Below, one piece after another: positions 57,039 through 64,000 of a DNA stretch of 64,000 nucleotides. How positions within the stretch are numbered: position 1 is the first letter of the stretch; each line of letters starts with the position of its first letter. This stretch comes from Nitrospirota bacterium. GTDB lineage: Bacteria; Nitrospirota; Thermodesulfovibrionia; Thermodesulfovibrionales; JdFR-86. Position numbers and translations under genes: made by a program. Location of the stretch: NCBI GenBank assembly GCA_963721805.1, contig CAVRJY010000001.1, forward strand, positions 416,001 through 480,000, in the 5' to 3' direction. Below the pieces are notes generated by a model. It was not told the DNA's origin. It saw only the letters and a program-made list of their open reading frames with translations, and did no database searches.

Positions 57039-59347
57039 GGGCTACGTTGCCTGTTCCTTGACGACTTCCTTGTGGCCGCACTCCTTGTCGAGGCATGCCT
57101 TGACGTATCGCCGGCCTTGTTGCGCGTGACGCTCATCAGCGGGGCCTTGCACTTGGGGCAGGGCTCCGCTATGGGGCGGCTCCATGTCGCGAAATCGCAC
57201 TTGGGGTAATTCGAGCAGCTCCAGAAGGGTTTTCCCTTTTTCGTCCGGCGCTCGATCAGGTCCCCGCCGTCTTTAGGGCACTTGACCCCGGTCGGGATCG
57301 GGCGCGTCCCCTTGCAGTCGGGGTATTTCGTGCAGGCCAGAAACCTGCCGAACCTCCCGGTCTTTATCACCATCGGCGCGCCGCACTTGTCGCAGACCTC
57401 GTCCGTGGGGACGTCGGCCTGCTGGGGCTTGTCGCCCTCGAGCGGGCGCGAGTTCTTGCAGTCGGGATAGCCTGAGCAGGCCAGGAAGCGTCCATGACGC
57501 CCCCAGCGGATGACCATCGGCTTTCCGCACTTCTCGCAGACCTCCTCGGTCGCGATGTCCTCGGGCTTGACCTTGCCGGTGGCCTCGGCGGCCTCGGTCA
57601 GGTCCTTCTTAAACGGGGCGTAGAACTCGCCGACGACCCCGACCCACTCGGCCTTCCCCTCCTCGATCCCGTCGAGCTGGTCTTCCATCTTGGCGGTAAA
57701 TCCCATATCGAGGAGCTCGGGGAACTTCTCGACGAGGTAGTCGTTCACGATCATCCCAAGCTCGGTCGGCGAGAACTTTCCTTCCAGCTTCTGGGCGTAT
57801 TTGCGGTCGGCGATGGTTGAAAGTATTGCGGCGTACGTGCTCGGCCGGCCGATGCCCTTGTCCTCGAGCGTCTTTATAAGCGTGGCCTCGGTGTAGCGCG
57901 GCGGGGGCGTGGTAAAGCTCTGCTTCGGATCGATAGACTTCATCGCGAGCGCGTCGCCCTCGTTAAGAGCGGGCAGCACTGCCTCCTCGGGCTCGGCCGG
58001 TTCGTCCTGCGGGGCGGCCTCTTCCTTCGTCTCCATGTAAAGGGCCATGAAGCCCGGAAACTTTACGACCGTGCCCGCGGCGCGCATCACTGACGGCGCT
58101 GCGGTGCCGCAGCCGATCTCAAACGTCGTCTGCTCGAGCTCGGCCGGCTTCATCTGGCTTGCCATAAAACGGTTCCAGATCAGGGTGTAGAGCTTCATCT
58201 GGTCTCTGGAGAGGTATGGCTTTACGGACTTCGGGTCGTATGCCATATCCGTCGGGCGGATGGCCTCGTGGCCCTCCTGAGCGGACGCCTTGCTCTTGTA
58301 TATCGGCGGGGCCTCGGGGACGTAGTCCGGCCCGAAGGTCTTCGCTATGACCTCGCGCGCCCATTCCTGCGCCTCGGTAGATACGCGCACCGAGTCGGTT
58401 CGCATGTAGGTGATGAGGCCGTGCGAGCCCTCCGCGCCTAGCTCGACGCCCTCGTAGAGCTCCTGCGCGAGCGACATGATCCTGCGCGCCGCGAAGCTGA
58501 GCTTTCTGGAGGCCTCCTGCTGGAGCGTGCTGGTTATAAACGGGGGCATCGGCGAGCGGCGGCGCTTCTGGCGCTCGATCTTGCTAAGCGTAAAATTGCC
58601 TGCGGTGATCTCGTCCGTGATGCGGCGCGCGGTGGCCTCGTCGCGGATCAGGAAGGTGCGCGACTCGCCGCCCTCCTCGCGCTTGATTACCGGGACGCCG
58701 CCGTAGCTGTGCAGCTTGGCGCTGAACTCAGGGGCCTTCGGACCGAGCAGCCTCGCGGTGATCGACCAGTACTCTTCGGTATTGAACGCCTGTATCTCAC
58801 GCTCGCGGTCGACCACGAGCCGGACCGCGACCGACTGGACGCGCCCGGCACTCAGGCCGCGGCGCACCTTGCGCCACAGAAGCGGGCTAAGGTTATACCC
58901 CACGAGGCGGTCGAGTATGCGGCGCGCCTGCTGGGCGTTTACGCGGTTTATGTCGACCTCGCGGGGATGCTCCATCGCGGCGCGGACGACCTTCGGCGTG
59001 ATCTCGTTGAAGGTCACGCGGGAGATCTTGCCCTCGATGCCCTTGGTCCCGGATATCTGCGTGGCTATGTGAAACGCTATCGCCTCGCCTTCGCGGTCAG
59101 GGTCGGTTGCGAGGTATACGTGGTCGGCCGACTTCGCGGCGGACTTCAGTTCGCGTATGACCTTGTCCTTGGCCGGGATCACTATGTACTCGGGCTTGAA
59201 GCCGTTTTCCACGTCCACGCCGATGGATTTTTCGGGGAGGTCCATGACATGGCCGACCGAGGCCAGGACCTTGAAGTCCTTGCCCAGGATCTTGTTGATC
59301 GTCTTGGCCTTGGCCGGGGATTCTACGATTACGAGTGAAGAGCCCAT
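57035..59347 (-). CDS. topA: DNA topoisomerase I
   Basis: VESPAKAKTI, ATDPDREGE, SAGRVQS, ITYMRTD, C-terminal Zn ribbons; apparent frameshift in the last ribbon, alternative stop at 57042. Confidence 0.97.
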   Translation of the reverse strand: MGSSLVIVESPAKAKTINKILGKDFKVLASVGHVMDLPEKSIGVDVENGFKPEYIVIPAKDKVIRELKSAAKSADHVYLATDPDREGEAIAFHIATQISGTKGIEGKISRVTFNEITPKVVRAAMEHPREVDINRVNAQQARRILDRLVGYNLSPLLWRKVRRGLSAGRVQSVAVRLVVDREREIQAFNTEEYWSITARLLGPKAPEFSAKLHSYGGVPVIKREEGGESRTFLIRDEATARRITDEITAGNFTLSKIERQKRRRSPMPPFITSTLQQEASRKLSFAARRIMSLAQELYEGVELGAEGSHGLITYMRTDSVRVSTEAQEWAREVIAKTFGPDYVPEAPPIYKSKASAQEGHEAIRPTDMAYDPKSVKPYLSRDQMKLYTLIWNRFMASQMKPAELEQTTFEIGCGTAAPSVMRAAGTVVKFPGFMALYMETKEEAAPQDEPAEPEEAVLPALNEGDALAMKSIDPKQSFTTPPPRYTEATLIKTLEDKGIGRPSTYAAILSTIADRKYAQKLEGKFSPTELGMIVNDYLVEKFPELLDMGFTAKMEDQLDGIEEGKAEWVGVVGEFYAPFKKDLTEAAEATGKVKPEDIATEEVCEKCGKPMVIRWGRHGRFLACSGYPDCKNSRPLEGDKPQQADVPTDEVCDKCGAPMVIKTGRFGRFLACTKYPDCKGTRPIPTGVKCPKDGGDLIERRTKKGKPFWSCSNYPKCDFATWSRPIAEPCPKCKAPLMSVTRNKAGDTSRHASTRSAATRKSSRNRQRSP

Positions 59348-59382
59348 AAGTGTATTTTTAGAACTCCTTTTTTACTTGATCT

Positions 59383-59556
59383 TCAATGCCAGACTATCCG
59401 GCGGCCCGAGGAAAACACCAGCGAGTAGACGAACTCGGCGTCGAGCTCGGTGGTGTCGATCAGCATCGAGGCCAGGGCCGAACGGAAACCGTCCAGCTCC
59501 TCCGGGTCCATGTAGTCTTCGATGTTATATGAGACCTTGTCAAAGCCGCGGGCCAT
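59383..59556 (-). CDS. Small 57-aa protein between dprA and topA (Smg/DUF494 position)
   Basis: Hand translation MARGFDKVSYNIEDYMDPEELDGFRSALASMLIDTTELDAEFVYSLVFSSGRRIVWH; purine-rich SD. Confidence 0.55.
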   Translation of the reverse strand: MARGFDKVSYNIEDYMDPEELDGFRSALASMLIDTTELDAEFVYSLVFSSGRRIVWH

Positions 59557-59568
59557 ACCGAGCCCCCC

Positions 59569-60672
59569 TTATGTCAGGTAAAACATCTTGCCCGGCATCT
59601 GCCGAACCGCGCCCTTAAGCTCCAGAGACAGAAGCAGCCCAAGCGCCCTTGCCGGCTCAAGCCCCGCACCCCGCGATATATCGTCTATGTGCTTGGGCTC
59701 GCGGGACATCGCTTTACAGAGGCCGTCCTCGTCTTCGGAGAGTGATATATTACACGTTCTGTCGGATTTTATAAAACCCCGGAGCACTGGGGCCAGCTCG
59801 AATAGTATGTCCTCGGCCTTCCCGGCCGGGTGCGCCCCGTCCTTTATAAGCAGGTTCGTACCCCCGGATGTGGGTGAAATCACGCTTCCGGGCACCGCGA
59901 ATACCTCCTTGCCCTGCTCTAGCGCGAACCGCGCGGTGATCAGCGCCCCGCTGCGCTCGGCTGCCTCGACAACCAGCACCCCAAGCGAGAGCGCGCTGAT
60001 GATCCGGTTGCGCCGGGGGAAGTTCTCCTTTAAAGGGGGCATCCCCGGCGGGAACTCGCTTACGACCGCGCCGTCGGCCTTGGCCATGCGCTCGATCAGC
60101 CCCCGGTTCTCGGCAGGGTACGCGACGTCTATGCCGCATCCGAGCACGCCGACCGTGCGGCCCCCGACCACTATAGCGGCCTTGTGGGAGACGGTGTCGA
60201 TCCCGCGCGCCAGGCCGCTTATCACGGTTATCCCGGCGCGGCCGAGGTCGCGAGCTATCGAGTCCGCGACCTGCAGCCCGTAATTGGAACAATTGCGCGA
60301 GCCGACGACCGCGATTGAGTACTTGTCTTCGGGGATCAGCGAGCCCTTGATATAGAGCACGAGCGGGGCGTCAGGCCCGAGGGCCAGCCTGAGCGCCTCG
60401 GGGTAGCCCTCATCTTCGTGGCTGATCAGCGCGACGCCGCTTTTAAGCAGCGCGTCTATCTTTCTCTTGAGCTCGTCCGCGCCGTTGAAGGCCGCGATGA
60501 ACTCGGCGCGGCGCTCAGATACGCCTTCGATGCCCGCAAGCTGCCGCGCATCGGCCCGAAGCACGGCCTTTGGATCGCCGCCGAACGCGCTAAGCAGCCT
60601 CCGGATCGTCACCGGCCCCACGGAGGCCACCGCCCCCAGCGCCGCAAGCTCAAACGTGCGCTCGGCGAGCAT
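59569..60672 (-). CDS. dprA: DNA-processing protein DprA
   Basis: AVVGSR, ISGLARGID, FPRRNRIISALS, SGALITA. Confidence 0.96.
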   Translation of the reverse strand: MLAERTFELAALGAVASVGPVTIRRLLSAFGGDPKAVLRADARQLAGIEGVSERRAEFIAAFNGADELKRKIDALLKSGVALISHEDEGYPEALRLALGPDAPLVLYIKGSLIPEDKYSIAVVGSRNCSNYGLQVADSIARDLGRAGITVISGLARGIDTVSHKAAIVVGGRTVGVLGCGIDVAYPAENRGLIERMAKADGAVVSEFPPGMPPLKENFPRRNRIISALSLGVLVVEAAERSGALITARFALEQGKEVFAVPGSVISPTSGGTNLLIKDGAHPAGKAEDILFELAPVLRGFIKSDRTCNISLSEDEDGLCKAMSREPKHIDDISRGAGLEPARALGLLLSLELKGAVRQMPGKMFYLT

Positions 60673-60680
60673 AACCGGGG

Positions 60681-61886
60681 CTACTTCGCCCCTTTTCCCT
60701 TACCCTTGCTCAGGCTGCGTATGCGAAGCCTGAGCGAGTTTAGGCGTATAAAGCCCTCGGCATCGGCCTGCTTATAGACCGAATCCTTCTCGAAGGTCGC
60801 GAAACCGCTGTGATAGAGCGTGACCGGAGACTTCCTCCCGACCACGCTCAGGCCGCCCTTATATAGCTTGAGCCTGGCGGTTCCGGTGACGCCTTCCTGT
60901 ATCTTGTCCATCATCGTCTGAAGCGCCTCGCGCTCGGGCGCGAACCAGTAGCCGTAGTAGACCATCTCGGCGTAGCGGGGGATCAGGGAGTCGCGCAGGT
61001 GCAGCGTCTCACGGTCCAGCGTGATCGACTCCACCGCGCGGTGCGCCGCGTGCAGCACCGTCCCTCCGGGCGTCTCGTATACCCCGCGCGACTTCATCCC
61101 GACATACCGGTTTTCGACCATGTCGAGCCGCCCGACGCCGTTTCTGCCCGCGATGCCGTTGAGCGCGGCCAATAATTTAGCTGGTGATAGCTTCTTGCCG
61201 TTTACGCTAACGGGATTTCCCTTCTCGTAGCCGATCTCGAGGTACTCGGGCTTGTTGGGGGCCTTCTCGGGCGCGACCATCAGGGTGTACATATCCGCCG
61301 GGGGCTCGGCCCACGGGTCTTCGAGTATGCCGCCCTCGTAGCTTAGGTGAAACAGGTTCATGTCCGTGGAATAAGGCTTTTTCTTCGTGACCGGCACCGC
61401 GATGCCGTGCTTCTTGGCGTAATCTATAAGCGACTCGCGGGAGTTCAGGTCCCATTCGCGCCACGGCGCGATCACCTTAATGCCCGGCTCTAGCGCGTAA
61501 TATGTGAGCTCAAACCGCACCTGATCGTTGCCCTTGCCGGTCGCGCCGTGCGAGACAGCGTCCGCGCCGACGGCGCGCGCGATCTCGATCTGGCGCTTCG
61601 CGATCAGGGGGCGGGCTATAGAGGTGCCCATCAGGTATCCGCCCTCGTATACCGCGTTGGCGCGGAGCATCGGGAATACGTACTCCGAGACGAACTCCTC
61701 TGTTATGTCCTCGACGACCGCCTTTGTGCAGCCCATCCTGAGGGCCTTGGCCTTGATCGCGGCGAGGTTTTCCTTCTGGCCCAGGTCGGCGCAGAACGCG
61801 ACGATCTCGGCGTTGTAGACTTCCTGGAGCCACCTTAATATCACGGACGTATCCAAGCCACCTGAATAGGCAAGCACTACCTTCAT
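60681..61886 (-). CDS. argG: Argininosuccinate synthase
   Basis: [34 protein letters not shown]. Confidence 0.98.
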   Translation of the reverse strand: MKVVLAYSGGLDTSVILRWLQEVYNAEIVAFCADLGQKENLAAIKAKALRMGCTKAVVEDITEEFVSEYVFPMLRANAVYEGGYLMGTSIARPLIAKRQIEIARAVGADAVSHGATGKGNDQVRFELTYYALEPGIKVIAPWREWDLNSRESLIDYAKKHGIAVPVTKKKPYSTDMNLFHLSYEGGILEDPWAEPPADMYTLMVAPEKAPNKPEYLEIGYEKGNPVSVNGKKLSPAKLLAALNGIAGRNGVGRLDMVENRYVGMKSRGVYETPGGTVLHAAHRAVESITLDRETLHLRDSLIPRYAEMVYYGYWFAPEREALQTMMDKIQEGVTGTARLKLYKGGLSVVGRKSPVTLYHSGFATFEKDSVYKQADAEGFIRLNSLRLRIRSLSKGKGKGAK

Positions 61887-61975
61887 ATGAATATTCTCCT
61901 TACAGTTTAGGCTGTGCGCATAAACTGAAACATATCACGCGCACCGCCCAACAATCAAGGGGTGGCCGCTTTTTC

Positions 61976-62050
61976 AAAGCGAGCCAAATCGCTTGATACG
62001 TCGTTGGGCTTCAATTTTACCAAGCGGGACTCGCCCTCTAATCACGTCTC
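61976..62050 (-). repeat. Degenerate partial long-hairpin repeat R12
   Basis: AAAGCGAGCCAAATCGCTTGATACGTCGTTGGGCTTCAA..GACTCGCCCTCTA. Confidence 0.8.
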
Positions 62051-62081
62051 GTTTGCGTGAGGGTTTGCCCCTTCATTGGCC

Positions 62082-62115
62082 ATAGTTAATCCAAAGTTAG
62101 TAGAAAACGCACGCC
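62082..62115. repeat. 34-bp direct repeat, copy 1
   Basis: 32/34 identical to 63928-63961. Confidence 0.85.
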
Positions 62116-62222
62116 CCTTAACTTGCAATAGCGGTCAGCATATTACTATGATGGTAAATTAAAACGCTCTGTGCTTCAATGCAAAAGATTATCAGGTCTC
62201 GGAAGGCGCGGTGAAGTTAATC

Positions 62223-63083
62223 ATGAAAAAAATCTTCATACTCGGAGTCGGCTGCCAAAAAGGCGGCACAACATGGTTGCATAATTATCTTTCAAAGCAC
62301 CCGAGCTCCAATATGGGGTTCACAAAAGAGTACCATATATTCGACGCCCTCTACCTGCCTGAGTATGAGCGTTACCGTCACAGGACAACCGAGTATGCCA
62401 GCGCACTCATAAGAAAGTCAGAAAAATCCCTGCGCAGGCGCTTGCTGGAAATCAGGCTCCGTAAATTATTCCAGAGCGATATCAACAGATATTTCGACTA
62501 TTTCGCTAAAAAAGTCAACTCGTCGGATGAATTTACTTTTACAGGGGATATCACGCCGGAATATGCCGGTCTGTCGTCGGAAGTTTATGGGATCATTAAA
62601 AACGGGGCCGAATCAAGAGGGTTTGACGTGAAGGCCGTATTTATAATGAGGGACCCGGTCGAGCGCTGCATATCAGCCATGAAAATGCGGAGAAAACAGA
62701 TGAGATTGGACCTGACGGATGATGAAAACGCCTCGCTTATCAAGGTGTATTCCACGAGAGATTTTCAGTATCTTACGCGGTACGAAAGGACAATGAATAA
62801 CTTGGAGAGCGTATTTCCCGCCAAAGACATTTACTATAATTTTTATGAGAATCTTTTTAACCCGTCAACCATGGAAGAGATTACGGATTTATTGTCAGTG
62901 CCTTTCGTGCAACCGAATTTCAATAAGCGCAAAAATGCGTCGAAAACCAGCTTTCAGATCGATGAAAGCATTCGAAAAAGAGTTTTTGACTTTTACGGCG
63001 ATACGTATGATTTCATGGCCGGCCGCTACGGGAAAGATTACATTTCAAGCATATGGCCAAACTACCGGAACCTCTCAACCTGA
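62223..63083 (+). CDS. Sulfotransferase family protein (AT-rich)
   Basis: GCQKGGTTWL PAPS loop, KEYHIFD, GDITPEY, MRDPVERCIS. Confidence 0.88.
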   Translation: MKKIFILGVGCQKGGTTWLHNYLSKHPSSNMGFTKEYHIFDALYLPEYERYRHRTTEYASALIRKSEKSLRRRLLEIRLRKLFQSDINRYFDYFAKKVNSSDEFTFTGDITPEYAGLSSEVYGIIKNGAESRGFDVKAVFIMRDPVERCISAMKMRRKQMRLDLTDDENASLIKVYSTRDFQYLTRYERTMNNLESVFPAKDIYYNFYENLFNPSTMEEITDLLSVPFVQPNFNKRKNASKTSFQIDESIRKRVFDFYGDTYDFMAGRYGKDYISSIWPNYRNLST

Positions 63084-63122
63084 TTCTCATTCCCCGTCTG
63101 CTGCGCCGCGCCTAACCCCCGC

Positions 63123-63303
63123 AAAGCGTGCGAAATCGCTTGATGCTGCGTTTGGGCTTCAAAGACTCGCCCTCGAAGTACGTATCAGTACGTCGTCGGG
63201 CGTTCTTCTCGCCCTGCCTTGTCTGAAGACGATTTGGGCGCGCTTTCGGGGGGAGAGGATAACGGAAGCCCCCCGCGCCCCACAAGGTCAACGGCTTGAT
63301 TAG
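63123..63303 (-). repeat. Long-hairpin repeat copy R13 (subfamily A)
   Basis: Same core; ends GGTCAACGGCTTGATTAG. Confidence 0.93.
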
Positions 63304-63348
63304 AAAGGGCTACGCCGAATTAAATAGAACAGCCCCCCATTATTTAAG

Positions 63349-63783
63349 TTAGTAGCTTGGAGGCTTATCTGTACAAAAAACGGAAGGCGTTGCTTTAAAT
63401 ATATCTTTGACATCAATAGGCAGCGCAAGTGTAAAGGGCTGATGACTAAGATCCTTTGCGTAATTCTCAAGAACAGTATATGTATATACGCCGCCTTGCG
63501 TGTTCGCGATATCTAATATGACGCTTGAATTTACTATATCAACTTTAGCAGCATTTACGGCTCTTCCCCGACGAAAATCAAAAATCATGCTCTTTCTTCC
63601 GTTAAGGCTGAAAATTAATACCGCTTTGCCCGAAGCTGTTGCACATGCTGTATAAAAAACAGGCGTCTTGGTTTGTTGTAGCTCAGCAAGGTAATTATCA
63701 GCAACAATATTAAACACTTCATCCTGTCCAAGTGACACACCTGTTGCAAGAAACATGAACACCAAAGCTATGAGAGATTTCAT
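63349..63783 (-). CDS. AT-rich hypothetical exported protein (orphan-like); in-frame upstream ATG at 63858 within motif P
   Basis: MKSLIALVFMFLATGVSLG signal peptide; low GC. Confidence 0.7.
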   Translation of the reverse strand: MKSLIALVFMFLATGVSLGQDEVFNIVADNYLAELQQTKTPVFYTACATASGKAVLIFSLNGRKSMIFDFRRGRAVNAAKVDIVNSSVILDIANTQGGVYTYTVLENYAKDLSHQPFTLALPIDVKDIFKATPSVFCTDKPPSY

Positions 63784-63855
63784 AACAAAAGGTGACGGGT
63801 CTATTTTTCTATTGCCCTTTAAATGGCGCAAGCCAGTCATCATCCCATTGCGCAT

Positions 63856-63906
63856 CATGCTCCAAAGATACCACAACCGCATTGAGTATGCCAGAGAATT
63901 TAAAGC
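63856..63906 (-). promoter_or_regulatory. Conserved motif P copy 3
   Basis: Reverse complement GCTTTAAATTCTCTGGCATACTCAATGCGGTTGTGGTATCTTTGGAGCATG. Confidence 0.75.
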
Positions 63907-63927
63907 GAATGCCCCTATTTATTAACT

Positions 63928-63961
63928 ATAGTTAGTCGAAAGTTAGTAGAAAACGCACGCC
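63928..63961. repeat. 34-bp direct repeat, copy 2
   Basis: ATAGTTAGTCGAAAGTTAGTAGAAAACGCACGCC. Confidence 0.85.
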
Positions 63962-64000
63962 TACAAAATAATTTGCCAGATATAAACCAAAGTTTGGTGG

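Noticed and set aside
63877..63894. Sigma-54 site (TGGCAT-N5-ATGC) inside motif P3
   Set aside because: The -12 GC is lost in P1 and the -24 box is degenerate in P2, whereas the TGnTATCYT element is kept in all three copies.

Overview
High-GC bacterial chromosomal window. The DsrAB sequence style and gene context suggest a Nitrospirota (Thermodesulfovibrionia-like) sulfite/sulfate reducer; this is an inference. It carries dsrABD-dsrN, tRNA-Phe, a birA-coaX-galT-usp cluster, truB, pilMNOPQ, two-component and c-di-GMP genes, pdxA, an isocitrate/isopropylmalate dehydrogenase, topA-dprA-argG and two type II toxin-antitoxin pairs. The most unusual signal is non-coding. (1) A ~175-190 bp long-hairpin repeat with compensatory base changes occurs at 13 loci. 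(2) Three unrelated AT-rich orphan genes share one architecture: a conserved 40-51 bp promoter-like motif ending in ATG, then the gene, then the CTAATCAA-GCCGTTGACC head of that repeat. This resembles an integron-like gene capture/expression platform, but there are no canonical attC ends and no integrase in the window. (3) Short REP-like hairpins sit directly on stop codons. (4) Many genes look leaderless. Several frameshifts, including one in topA, may be sequencing indels.
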